The notes under the pieces are model-generated. The model searched no databases and was not told where the DNA came from. It worked only from the letters and a program-made list of their open reading frames with translations. Below, in pieces: positions 18,479 to 28,137 of a stretch of DNA of 64,000 nucleotides. The translations under genes and the position numbers were made by a program. The DNA comes from Planctomycetota bacterium (GTDB lineage: Bacteria; Planctomycetota; Phycisphaerae; Phycisphaerales; UBA1924), in contig JBCDCB010000006.1 of NCBI GenBank assembly GCA_039182735.1, forward strand, positions 4,971-68,970, given 5' to 3'. Each line of letters starts with the position of its first letter. Position 1 is the stretch's first letter.

Positions 18479-18629
18479 TACTTCTCGGGGTTATCACCCC
18501 ACGTCGGCCCGCGCCGAGTGTATCACCGCTCGGACCGGTGACCGAACCGAGCGGGCGTCGCGGCGGATGAAGCGGACCGCCTCAACTGTCCGATACTGAC
18601 CGAGCACCCACCCGCAGCAGGGGACCTCG

Positions 18630-20111
18630 ATGCCGATGAACCGACCGCTCCGCACGCTCACGCCGATCGTCGTCCTGTTCGCGCTCACCGCGAGCGCACT
18701 GGCCGACCTCACGCCGCGCATCGAACGCCTGCTCACCGAAGGGCGGCTCGGAAGCGCGGACGTGGGCGTCGTGATCTACGACCCGCAGACCGATCGCGTG
18801 ATCGGCTCGCTCAACGCCGACGAGCAGTTCGTCCCGGCCTCCAACATGAAGCTCATCACGTCGGGCGCGGCGATCACGCTGCTCGGCGCGGACTTCGCCT
18901 TCGAAACCCGCCTGCTCTGGGAGCCCGGCGCGCGGCGTCTGATCGTCGAAGGCTCCGGCGACCCGGCCTTCGGCGACCCCGACCTGCTCGAACGGATGGA
19001 GATCGACGCGGATGACCTGCTCGGCGTCTGGGCCGAAGCCGTGAAGTCGCAGGGCATCACGAACGTGCGCGAGCTGGTGATCGACGATCGCGCGTTCGAT
19101 CGGGAGTTCGTACACCCGAGCTGGCCGCGCGCGCAGCTCAACCGCTGGTACTGCGCCGAGGTCGCGGGTCTGAACTTCCACACGAACGTGGTGCACCTGT
19201 ACATGCGCGCCGATGCGGACGGTCAGCCGCCGAGCGTGCGCCCGATCCCCGAAGTCCCCGGCGTGCGGGTCACCAACCGCGCCGGTTCGATCCGTCGCGG
19301 CAACCCCACGGTCTGGGCCGCGCGCCCGAATGTCGATAACCACATCACCCTGCGCGGCGACGTGCGCGGAACGCCCGAAGCGCTCCCCGTCACGCTCCAC
19401 GACATGCCCGCGCGGTTCGGCGACCTCCTCGCCGGGCACCTGCGCGAGCAAGGCATCAGCGTCGGCTCGAGCAGGACGGCGACGACGAACGAGGCCTTCG
19501 ACAGCTCGAGCGTGCTGCACGTCGTGCGCACACCGCTGCAGACGGTGCTCGAGCGCACAAACGTGGACTCGCACAACCTGTACGCCGAGTGCCTGCTCAA
19601 GGCGCTCGGACGCGCGGTGACGGGGCAGCCCGGATCGTGGTCAAACGGGGCGGCGGTCGTGCGCATGGAACTGGTGGACGCGCTGGGCCCGATGGCGGGT
19701 CGGGACGCGCAAGTCGCCGATGGCTCGGGCATGAGCCGCGAGAACCGGCTGACGCCCTCGCTGGTCGCGCGCTGGCTCGACCACATGCACGACCGCGAAG
19801 AACTGGGCGAGGCGTTCCGCGCGAGCCTCGCGTCGCCCGGGCGCGGCACGCTCAGCAAACGGTTCAAGAAGCACCCCATCGATGCGCACATCGAAGCGAA
19901 GACGGGATACCTCAACGGTGTGTCGGCGATCTCCGGATACCTCTCCGAGCCGCACACCGGCAAGACCGTCATCTTCTCGATCATGGTCAACGAGAAGCCC
20001 GACTCGGTCCCGCTGCGCCGGGTCTTTGAGTTCCAGGAGCGGGTGATCCAAGCGGCGGACGAGTGGCTCACCGAGCGCGCCGTCGCCGCAACGCCCAAGT
20101 TCGGCGGCTGA
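18630..20111 (+). CDS. dacB: D-alanyl-D-alanine carboxypeptidase/endopeptidase (PBP4, peptidase S13)
   Basis: Signal peptide, active-site SNMK (SxxK), PBP4 family length and blocks. Confidence 0.8.
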   Translation: MPMNRPLRTLTPIVVLFALTASALADLTPRIERLLTEGRLGSADVGVVIYDPQTDRVIGSLNADEQFVPASNMKLITSGAAITLLGADFAFETRLLWEPGARRLIVEGSGDPAFGDPDLLERMEIDADDLLGVWAEAVKSQGITNVRELVIDDRAFDREFVHPSWPRAQLNRWYCAEVAGLNFHTNVVHLYMRADADGQPPSVRPIPEVPGVRVTNRAGSIRRGNPTVWAARPNVDNHITLRGDVRGTPEALPVTLHDMPARFGDLLAGHLREQGISVGSSRTATTNEAFDSSSVLHVVRTPLQTVLERTNVDSHNLYAECLLKALGRAVTGQPGSWSNGAAVVRMELVDALGPMAGRDAQVADGSGMSRENRLTPSLVARWLDHMHDREELGEAFRASLASPGRGTLSKRFKKHPIDAHIEAKTGYLNGVSAISGYLSEPHTGKTVIFSIMVNEKPDSVPLRRVFEFQERVIQAADEWLTERAVAATPKFGG

Positions 20112-20136
20112 GCCGCGCCCGAGGTACCTTGGCGGG

Positions 20137-21312
20137 ATGATCCGCCAGCAAACGCCGATTGATCCGGATTCGTGGGCCCAGCGGGGCATCGAGGGCGTAC
20201 CGATCGAGCGCGCCGACGCGCTCGCGCTGCTCGATCCCGAGCGGACCCCCCTGCTCCCGCTCGTGCACGCCGCCGGGGTCGTGCGCCGCGCCCGCTTCGG
20301 CAACCGCGTGCGCGTCCACGTGCTTAACAACGTGCAGAACGGCGCGTGCCCCGAAGACTGCGGCTACTGCGGACAGGCCAAGACGAGCGACGCGCCGATC
20401 AAGGCGTATACGCTCAAGTCGCGCGAAGAGATCATCGACGAGGCGGCGCAGGCCAAGGCGAGCGGCGCGTTCCGCTACTGCATGGTGCTGTCGGGGCGCG
20501 GGCCGGACGATGACGACATCGAGCACATGGCGCACTGCATCCGCGAGGTGAAGGAGCGCTTCGGGATCGAGACGTGCCTTTCGAGCGGGTTGCTCGATGA
20601 ACAAAAAGCGCAGCGCCTCAAGGACGCCGGGCTCGACCGCTTGAACCACAACCTCAACACCTCGCGCGAGCGCTACCCGGACATCTGCACCACGCACACC
20701 TACCAGGACCGGCTCGACACGCTGCGTGCCGCCCGGTCGGCGGGTCTCCAGCTCTGCAGCGGGCTCATCGTCGGCATGGGCGAGTCCCAGCACGACCTGG
20801 TGGACCTCGCCTTCGAACTCGAATCACTCCGAACCGAGTCGATCCCCGTGAACTTCCTGGTCCCGATCATGGGAAACCGGATCGGCGAGTCGCCGACGTC
20901 GTGCGGCAAGCCCCTCTCGCCCGAACTGTGCGTGCGTGTGCTGTGCCTCTTCCGCCTGGCGAACCCGCGTGCGGAGGTGCGCGTCGCCGCGGGCCGCGAG
21001 GGACACCTGCGATCGCTGCAGACGCTCGCGATGGAGCCGGCCAACTCGCTCTTTGTTGATGGCTACCTGCTCACGCACGGAGCGGGGCCGATCCCGACGC
21101 TGCGCATGCTCCGCGACGGTGGCTTCGAGATCGAACTCGCGGGCGCGGGGTGGGACGCGTGGAACGAGCGGCTGCGAAGCGTGCTCGATTCGGGAGAACT
21201 CGACGTGTTCCACGTGGACTCGATCCGCCCGGCGGAGACGGGCGTCCTCAAGGAGGATCGCCTGAGCGAGCGGAAGCTCGCGAAGCTGCGGATCGAGCGC
21301 GAGCCGATCTGA
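20137..21312 (+). CDS. bioB: Biotin synthase (radical SAM) with extra C-terminal segment
   Basis: CPEDCGYC radical-SAM cluster motif and BioB blocks (YCMVLSGRG, LCSGLIVGMGE). About 60-70 aa longer than typical BioB. Confidence 0.85.
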   Translation: MIRQQTPIDPDSWAQRGIEGVPIERADALALLDPERTPLLPLVHAAGVVRRARFGNRVRVHVLNNVQNGACPEDCGYCGQAKTSDAPIKAYTLKSREEIIDEAAQAKASGAFRYCMVLSGRGPDDDDIEHMAHCIREVKERFGIETCLSSGLLDEQKAQRLKDAGLDRLNHNLNTSRERYPDICTTHTYQDRLDTLRAARSAGLQLCSGLIVGMGESQHDLVDLAFELESLRTESIPVNFLVPIMGNRIGESPTSCGKPLSPELCVRVLCLFRLANPRAEVRVAAGREGHLRSLQTLAMEPANSLFVDGYLLTHGAGPIPTLRMLRDGGFEIELAGAGWDAWNERLRSVLDSGELDVFHVDSIRPAETGVLKEDRLSERKLAKLRIEREPI

Positions 21313-21406
21313 CACGTGCGCGCAGAAACACGCCCCGCTGCCTTTCGACGGGCGGGGCGTGCAAGGATGCAGACCGAAGGAATGTTGGTCGCGCCGATCG
21401 GGGCGA

Positions 21407-22105
21407 TCAGCGGACGCGACGACGCGGGGCAGCACAGAGTCCCGCGATGCCGACGAGCGCCACGGCACCCGGGGCGGGGATCGAGTTGCTCGTCGCGGTG
21501 AAGGCGGTGTTCGCGGCGTAGAGCGTGTTGCCGTTGTTGTCCACGTCACCCGTGTCACGGATGTTCGTGAGGGTGAACGAGGCGTCGTAGATGGGGAAGA
21601 GCTCGAGCGCCTCGCCGAGCATGTCCTGAAGGACGGGGCCCGCGGTGAAGTCGAGGCCCAGATCGCCCTGCTCATCCTGATCGATGGTGCTGTTCGAGAA
21701 GAACGAGCCGGAGGTGCCGGCGGCGTTGACGAGGCCCTCGTTGACCTGGGCGGACAGGATGCTCTCGCCGTCGCTGACGCGGGTGAACTCGAACGTGCCG
21801 GAGATCGTTCCGAGCGCGAAGAGGAAGGGCGACTCGGAAACCATCGCCGCGTCGATGACGAGGCTCATGGTGAGGTTCGCCTCGACCTCGGACACGCCCA
21901 TCCCGGCGTCCGAGCCGTCGATCGCGAGGGTCAGGGGCACCGTCGCGTCGTAGGTGATCGAGCCGTTGTTGCCCTCGACGTCACCGAAGGTGAACGTCGT
22001 TTCGAGCGGGGTGGACGGATCGTCGAACGTGAAGAAAAACAGTCCGGCCTCTGCCGAAGCAGTCGCACCCAAGGCGCAGGCCGCGCACGCAAGCCAAGTC
22101 TTCAT
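21407..22105 (-). CDS. Secreted protein with PEP-CTERM-like sorting signal
   Basis: Signal peptide MKTWLACAACALGATASAEA with GGGAGA Shine-Dalgarno before ATG 22103-22105. C-terminus IPAPGAVALVGIAGLCAAPRRRVR follows the P-[EA]-P / hydrophobic / Arg-cluster pattern. Confidence 0.55.
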   Translation of the reverse strand: MKTWLACAACALGATASAEAGLFFFTFDDPSTPLETTFTFGDVEGNNGSITYDATVPLTLAIDGSDAGMGVSEVEANLTMSLVIDAAMVSESPFLFALGTISGTFEFTRVSDGESILSAQVNEGLVNAAGTSGSFFSNSTIDQDEQGDLGLDFTAGPVLQDMLGEALELFPIYDASFTLTNIRDTGDVDNNGNTLYAANTAFTATSNSIPAPGAVALVGIAGLCAAPRRRVR

Positions 22106-22297
22106 CTCTTGTCTCCCTCTGACCGTCGCGCCGCTCTCCCAAGCGTCCGTGCGATGCACGGCGAGCGCCGGCCTCCCTAAGTGTCCAATTCCAAACGCAC
22201 GTTGCGTTCATACTGAGCGTACACCGCGCGGCGTGACCCGCAAGCGTCACAAACGTAAACCCTTGCCATTTCACGATATGGGACGATTCGCAACGCC

Positions 22298-22322
22298 CGG
22301 ATAATCGCTTTCGATTATCGGA
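22298..22322 (-). terminator. Hairpin overlapping the miaB stop codon
   Basis: 8-bp perfect stem GATAATCG/CGATTATC with CTTT loop in a locally AT-richer spacer. Could be a terminator or an operator for the downstream PEP-CTERM gene. Confidence 0.3.
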
Positions 22323-23985
22323 CGCGTCCGAACATTGTCAGCACGTTCGAGCGATCGATGCGGACGGGGATGATCCGCCCGATCAGATCGTCCGGCGACG
22401 AGCCGGGCGGGCAGTCGAAGACCACGATCAGGTCGCCGTCCGTGCGCCCGGTCATCTGCACCGGACCGTCCTGCTCGATGACCGCCTGCGATGGGCCGCC
22501 CGCGTCGCGCCCGCCGATGGTCAATCCGATCGCGCCGTTGGCGGCCTTGCGCTTCTTCTGCTCGCGCGCGCTCACGCCCTGCACGAACACGTCGAGCGTC
22601 ATCCCGACGTACCCGCGCGTGATCTCGTCGCTGATGTCGTGCTGCAGCGCGAGCAGGTCGTTGCAGCGTCGCTTCTTGTCCGCCTCGGCGACGTCATCGG
22701 GGATGCGGTTGTACGCGACGGTGCCGGGGCGCGGCGAGTACTTGAAGATGAAACAGTTCTTGTAGCGCGCCTTCTTCAGCAGTTCGCGCGTCGCGAGGTA
22801 GTCGTCTTCGGTCTCCCCGCAGAAGCCGACGATGATGTCGCCCGCGAGCATGAGCGGGCGGTCGATCTCCGGCTGGTCGAGGTAGTGGCGGGCGCGATCG
22901 ATGAACTCGAGGTACTGACCCACGGTGTACCCGCGGTTCATGCGTTTGAGCACGGCGTCCGACCCGCTCTGCGCCGGGACGTGCAGGTACCGGCAGATGC
23001 GGGGCGAGTCGCGCATGACCTCGAGCGCGTCGTCGCCGAAGTCACGCGGGTAACTGGTCACGAAGCGCAGGCGCTTGATCGCCGGGACCTCGTCGTGGAT
23101 GCGCTTGAGCAGGTCGGCAAAGGTCGTGACGCTTTCACCAGAGAAGGGATCACGCCGGTGCCCGCCTTGGAACGACCGCCCCTTCTGCGGCTGCAGCACG
23201 CCCCCCACCGTGACCGACGCGCCGTGCTCGTATCGGTAGTGGTTCACGGTCTGCCCGAGCAGCGTGATCTCCAGCACGCCGGTGTCGGCCAGTCGCTTGC
23301 ACTCGTCCACAATGTGGTCGGGCGGGCGGTGGACCTCGGCCCCGCGCGTGTGCGGGACCACGCAGTAGGTGCAGAACTTGTTGCAGCCGCGCGTGATGCG
23401 GACGTATGCGCTGCCGTTGTGCGCCGAGTCGTCCGGCGCGACGGCACGAGCAAGGTCGAGCATCTCGAGCGAATCGCCGGCGGCGGCGAGCGTGCCCGAT
23501 CGACGCGACGCATCGCCCTGCAGCGCGACCTGCTTCGCAGACTTGTCGCTCAGCGGATGGTGGAATCGCCCGCTGCGCACCTCGCGCGGGCGTTCATCGC
23601 TGTCGGCGAGCCACGCGTCGCGCGTGCGCACGGCGTTGTCGAGCAGCCCGGGCAGCTTGTCGAGCTCCGCCGGCCCGCACAGCACGTCCACGACGGGGAA
23701 CTTCCCGAGCATCGCCTCGCCGTCACGCTCGGCCATGCAGCCCAGCACGCCCACGACGAGCCCCGGCTCTGCGCGCTTGCGAACCGCCATCTCGCCGAGG
23801 CGCGAGCGCACCTTCTGCTCGGCGAGGTCGCGCACGGAGCACGTGTTGTAGAGCACGACGCTCGCGTCCTCGGGCTCCGGCGTGAGGCGGTACCCCAGCG
23901 CGCGGAGCTGCCCGGAGACCAGCTCGCTGTCGAGCTCGTTCATCTGGCAGCCGAATGTCTCGATATAGACGCTCCGCTCGGGCAT
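22315..23985 (-). CDS. miaB: MiaB-family tRNA methylthiotransferase (radical SAM)
   Basis: N-terminal MTTase domain VYIETFGCQMNELD, radical-SAM CNKFCTYC, C-terminal TRAM domain. Confidence 0.8.
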   Translation of the reverse strand: MPERSVYIETFGCQMNELDSELVSGQLRALGYRLTPEPEDASVVLYNTCSVRDLAEQKVRSRLGEMAVRKRAEPGLVVGVLGCMAERDGEAMLGKFPVVDVLCGPAELDKLPGLLDNAVRTRDAWLADSDERPREVRSGRFHHPLSDKSAKQVALQGDASRRSGTLAAAGDSLEMLDLARAVAPDDSAHNGSAYVRITRGCNKFCTYCVVPHTRGAEVHRPPDHIVDECKRLADTGVLEITLLGQTVNHYRYEHGASVTVGGVLQPQKGRSFQGGHRRDPFSGESVTTFADLLKRIHDEVPAIKRLRFVTSYPRDFGDDALEVMRDSPRICRYLHVPAQSGSDAVLKRMNRGYTVGQYLEFIDRARHYLDQPEIDRPLMLAGDIIVGFCGETEDDYLATRELLKKARYKNCFIFKYSPRPGTVAYNRIPDDVAEADKKRRCNDLLALQHDISDEITRGYVGMTLDVFVQGVSAREQKKRKAANGAIGLTIGGRDAGGPSQAVIEQDGPVQMTGRTDGDLIVVFDCPPGSSPDDLIGRIIPVRIDRSNVLTMFGRVR

Positions 23986-24013
23986 GGCTGGAGTCTATGC
24001 CCCGCTCGGATGG

Positions 24014-24499
24014 TCAGTTGATGTGCGTGAGGAGCCAGAACCCCGCCGCGGCGTGGACCAGGAAGACGCCCGCAACGATCAAGGCCGCCCATCGGATCCG
24101 CCGCGCCAGCGACCAACGCATCCAGCGTGCGCGCGAGCGGAAGATCCAGACCGAGCCCCCAAGCATCAGCGCCGCGGCGCCGGCGAACGACGCCAGCACG
24201 ATCCAGACGTCAGGCAGCGGGACGTGACCGCCGGTGACCCACGCCGCGCCCACACCCACGGTCAGGATGGTCGCGACGACACCGTCAAAGCCCGCCGCGA
24301 GCGCGAATCCCACGATCGCCACGAACCAGGCGGCGAGCCGCACGTCCGGCGCGCCGACGGTCAGGCGCAGCGCGTGCGCACATTCCGGGCATGTGGTGCG
24401 CTCCAGTCCGCGAAGTCTGTAGCCGCACGCCGGACACGATTCATCGTGCGAGGCCAGCCACTCGATGAGCGCGCGATCGTCCGGCTCAATCTGTTGCAT
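24014..24499 (-). CDS. Zinc-ribbon membrane protein, function unknown
   Basis: N-terminal CPACGYRLRGLERTTCPECAH then 4 TM spans. Same CxxCxYxLxG...CPEC architecture as the 44645-45667 gene. Confidence 0.5.
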   Translation of the reverse strand: MQQIEPDDRALIEWLASHDESCPACGYRLRGLERTTCPECAHALRLTVGAPDVRLAAWFVAIVGFALAAGFDGVVATILTVGVGAAWVTGGHVPLPDVWIVLASFAGAAALMLGGSVWIFRSRARWMRWSLARRIRWAALIVAGVFLVHAAAGFWLLTHIN

Positions 24500-24530
24500 G
24501 ACGCTGATACGGAATCCGATGCTCAGTCGT

Positions 24531-25433
24531 TCACACGAATCGGCGGACGATGGCGTCGGCCTGGGACCCGTACCCGCCGCCGAACATCGTCGCGTGTACG
24601 AGCAGCGGGTAGACGTTGTAAAGGTCGCGCCGGGCCTCGAAGAAGCCGGGCTCGATGGGTCGGCGTTCGCGGTACGCGTCGAAGAACGACTCGCCGAAGG
24701 TCCCGAAGAGCGTGCCGAACGCGAGTTCGATCTCCGGGTGCCCGAACGAGATGGCTGGATCGATGAAGGCCGCGACGCATCCGGCGTGGTAGAGCACGTT
24801 CCCGCCCCACACGTCGCCGTGCAGCAGCGAGGCCGCGTCGGGTTCGATCAGCAGATCGTCGAGTCGTTCGGCGAGGCGATCGATCCGTCCACGCTGTTCT
24901 GTCGTGATGCCGCGGGCGTTGTGCGCGCGCGCCGCCATCGCGAGCAGTCGGCGTTCGCGGAAGAACCCGATCCACGAGTCGCGCCACCCGTTCGCCTGCG
25001 GGAGTGCTCCGATCAGCGTGTCGCACGGATACCCGAACGACCGGCGCGGATCCCAACCATCGGGCACGTCGCTGGCGAGGGGCGTGACGCCGTGCAGGCC
25101 CGCGAGCAGTTCGGCGGCGTGGCGCTGACCCCCCGCGCCCCCGACACCGTCGTGCTCGACGCAGGTCATCACCAGCAACGTTGGCTCCGCGTGGAGCACC
25201 TCGGGCACCGGCAGCGAGGAGCGCTGTGCAAGATCGGCGAGCATCCGCCCCTCGATCTCCAGCGACATCGCGGGGTCGGCGGACGACTTCACCACCACAC
25301 GCGACCCGCCATCGAGATCGAACCGACGCACCGACGCCACGCACCCGCCGCTGAGCGGCTGCTCGTTCGAGACGCGGCGGGCGAGCGCACGCTCAACACG
25401 CGCCGCAGGCGTTGCTGATAAACCGTGCTGCAT
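24531..25433 (-). CDS. Fructosamine/ketosamine kinase family protein
   Basis: LLHGDVWGGNVL catalytic block and FIDPAISFGHPEIELA. Start set at ATG 25431-25433 (MQHGLSATPAARVERAL). The ORF's 120-aa upstream extension is S/T/P-rich junk. Confidence 0.65.
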   Translation of the reverse strand: MQHGLSATPAARVERALARRVSNEQPLSGGCVASVRRFDLDGGSRVVVKSSADPAMSLEIEGRMLADLAQRSSLPVPEVLHAEPTLLVMTCVEHDGVGGAGGQRHAAELLAGLHGVTPLASDVPDGWDPRRSFGYPCDTLIGALPQANGWRDSWIGFFRERRLLAMAARAHNARGITTEQRGRIDRLAERLDDLLIEPDAASLLHGDVWGGNVLYHAGCVAAFIDPAISFGHPEIELAFGTLFGTFGESFFDAYRERRPIEPGFFEARRDLYNVYPLLVHATMFGGGYGSQADAIVRRFV

Positions 25434-25521
25434 GCGTGCAGGGTACGCACCACGCAAAGCGGGCCGCCCCCGGAGGAGCGGCCCGCGCTGGTCCATCAGA
25501 TTGTCGGCAGAAGCCGAGAAC

Positions 25522-26646
25522 TTACTGGGGCAAGACGCCGTCGATCCAGACGTAGTCGCCGGCGGCCTGCGGCACGACCATGCGATTGGCGAAGTCGGTG
25601 CCGTCGCTGCCAGAGTAGACCGGCAGCCCGCGCGCCCACTGGCGCAGGAGCGCGTTGGTGCGGAAGCGGCGGTCGGGGACGTCATCGCCGATGCGTTCGG
25701 CGGTCTCGTCCACGAAGAGGTTGTCGCGGACGGAGCCCGACTGGGTGCCCCCCCCCGTGTCGTCGTAGGAGACGGTGATGCCTTCGGGGTTGGGCTCACG
25801 CTCGAAGGAGACGTGGTTGTCGTTGTAGGCGATGTTGCCGGCCCACGTCGAGGTGTCGCCGTGGATCAGCAGGCACTCGGACGTTGCGCCGAACTCGGCG
25901 GGCATGGTCGCGAGTTCCCACTCGCCGTCGTCGGGCTCGATCTCGGTGCTGTAGAGCGGGCCACGGTTCCCGAGGATCGGGACATCGGAGCGCCCCTGAT
26001 CGGAGCTCCAGAAGACCGTGGTGCGCACCGACGATGGGGAGACCATCACGTGCGCGTAGCTGTTGAAGGCGATGCCCTCGGCTTCGTAGTCATCGATCGA
26101 CTCGAGCCCGTTGCCGTTGCCGCCCGCGCCGAACGTCAGGTCGGCCCGATCGATCGGCGTCCCGCGGAAGCGCGGGTCGTAGAGCGCATCGGCGGGGTTG
26201 TCCCCGTTGATGAACGTCCCGACGGATTCGGCGTCCATCTCGAAACGGAACTCGTCCTCGGTCGAGCCGATCACCGGCTTGCGGATGTTGGGGTTGACCT
26301 CGGCGGGGCTGATGAAGATTTCGGGCGAGATGATGCGGTTGTAGATGAGGATCGACCAGATGTTTCCGGTGCGGTCCTTGGAGGACTGCGAGCCGAAGTC
26401 CATGTCGTCTTCGGTGAAGTTGCGCCGGTCGAGACGCGAGGGGATGGGGTAGCGCCCGTCGTCATCGGTGGACCACCCGACGAGGCCGGTGTGGATGCCG
26501 CGGACGTTGGTCGAGCAGCGGACCTGGAGGGCGTTCTTGCGCGCCTTCCCGAGCGCCGGCAGAAGGATCCCGATGAGCAGGGCGATGATGGAGATCACCA
26601 CCAGCAGCTCGACGAGCGTGAATCCCTTGCGTGCGGATCGATTCAT
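25522..26646 (-). CDS. DUF1559 protein with prepilin-type N-terminal cleavage/methylation domain
   Basis: KGFTLVELLVVISIIALLIGILLPAL class-III signal, Planctomycete-type DUF1559 body. AGGAG Shine-Dalgarno before ATG 26646. Confidence 0.8.
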   Translation of the reverse strand: MNRSARKGFTLVELLVVISIIALLIGILLPALGKARKNALQVRCSTNVRGIHTGLVGWSTDDDGRYPIPSRLDRRNFTEDDMDFGSQSSKDRTGNIWSILIYNRIISPEIFISPAEVNPNIRKPVIGSTEDEFRFEMDAESVGTFINGDNPADALYDPRFRGTPIDRADLTFGAGGNGNGLESIDDYEAEGIAFNSYAHVMVSPSSVRTTVFWSSDQGRSDVPILGNRGPLYSTEIEPDDGEWELATMPAEFGATSECLLIHGDTSTWAGNIAYNDNHVSFEREPNPEGITVSYDDTGGGTQSGSVRDNLFVDETAERIGDDVPDRRFRTNALLRQWARGLPVYSGSDGTDFANRMVVPQAAGDYVWIDGVLPQ

Positions 26647-26684
26647 GTCAGGAACTCCTGAAAAGGGACTGGTGGTCGAGCGGA

Positions 26685-27794
26685 TCAGCCGCCGACGAGC
26701 GAATCGCCATCGACGTACACGGCGGGCTGGTCGTGGTCGATCCAGATGTCGGCCTGCTCGCTCGCGGTCGAGGTCGGGATGCCGAGCGCCCACGTGCGCA
26801 TGATCGCGTTGCGGTTGGTCTCGCGGTTGGGCGTGCCGGCGTTGCCTTCGTTGGTCTCATCGACGAAGAGGTTGTCCGACTGCGTGATCGGGAGCGGGTC
26901 CGGGCCCGCGCCGATGGAGGTGAAGGTCGAGCGATCGGGATCGGGGGCGTCGGAGAAAGAGACCGAGGCGTCGGCGTAGGCGACGTTGCCGGCCCACGAG
27001 TTCTCGCGACCGAACCAGAGCAGCGTGGCGGACTCGGCACCGTAGAGCAGGTCCTGGTCGTTGCTGCCGCCGGCGGGGCCGCCCGCGACACGCGCGCCGA
27101 GGAGGGTCCAGCTGGAGCCGGCCGCGGGAGTGACAGCACCCGTGTAGACCGGTCCGCGGTTCGACCAGACGGGGCGCGACGAGCTCAGCGTCGAGGTCCA
27201 CAGCGAGCGGCGGGCGAAGCCGAAAGCGTTGTGGGCGTAGCTGTTGTGCCCCACGGTGGAGCCCCAGCCGGCGCCGGCGTAGTTGACGTTGGCCTGTGCG
27301 CCGATCTGCGAGCCGTCGATGGGCGTGCCCTTGAAGGTCGGATTGAAGGGGATCAGCCCGCCCGAGCCGTTGACGAGGTTGTCGTCGAAGAGCTCTTCGG
27401 TGTCGTAGGAGTAGTTCTCGTAGATCTGGACCTCGCCGTTCTCGGCGGGGCTGACGCAGATCTCGGGGGAGATGGTGCGGTTCCAGATGAGGATGGAGAG
27501 GATGTTGCCGGTGGTGTTCTTGCTGCCGGTGCTGATGCCGGGCCCGTTGATCGCGACGTCTTCGCGGTCGAGGGCTTCGGGATCGGGGTACTTGTCGCGG
27601 TTGTCGGCGGCGAACTGCTGCATGGACTGCATGATGCCGCGGAGCTGGGTGGCGTCCTTGAGCTTGAGGGCGTTCTTGCGCGCCTTGCCGATGGCCGGGA
27701 GCAGGATGCCGATGAGCAGCGCGATGATCGAAATGACCACCAGAAGCTCGACGAGGGTGAATCCGCGACGACGGCGGTGCATGGAGCGAAGCAT
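26685..27794 (-). CDS. DUF1559 protein with prepilin-type N-terminal domain (tandem paralog)
   Basis: RGFTLVELLVVISIIALLIGILLPAIGKARKNAL. GGAGG Shine-Dalgarno 7 nt before ATG 27794. Confidence 0.8.
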   Translation of the reverse strand: MLRSMHRRRRGFTLVELLVVISIIALLIGILLPAIGKARKNALKLKDATQLRGIMQSMQQFAADNRDKYPDPEALDREDVAINGPGISTGSKNTTGNILSILIWNRTISPEICVSPAENGEVQIYENYSYDTEELFDDNLVNGSGGLIPFNPTFKGTPIDGSQIGAQANVNYAGAGWGSTVGHNSYAHNAFGFARRSLWTSTLSSSRPVWSNRGPVYTGAVTPAAGSSWTLLGARVAGGPAGGSNDQDLLYGAESATLLWFGRENSWAGNVAYADASVSFSDAPDPDRSTFTSIGAGPDPLPITQSDNLFVDETNEGNAGTPNRETNRNAIMRTWALGIPTSTASEQADIWIDHDQPAVYVDGDSLVGG

Positions 27795-28137
27795 GTGATG
27801 CCTCCGAGGGTGGATCGAGGTCCGAAGGGACCGATCCGTGTGTTCCGAACGAGACAGGCGCGGCGTGGTGCCGCGACCACGATCCCCGCATGCGGAGTTT
27901 CCGCGTGGGGGTCGCACGAGCGGGTGCTCGTGCTCGATGGTTGCCTGGATGTCTGCTCGGAGTGCCCTGAACCTCGCCGGATGATGAACCTGACGAGTGC
28001 GTGTCTGTTGCCGTTGAGAGCCCAATGCGCTGCGAGCGGGTCAAGATGTCAGATTGTCGTGGTACCGTACGCTGTGCTGTTCGTCGGTCAACCCCACTTG
28101 GTTCCCAGCATCTCGCGGCTGGAGGAAGGTGTCAAGC

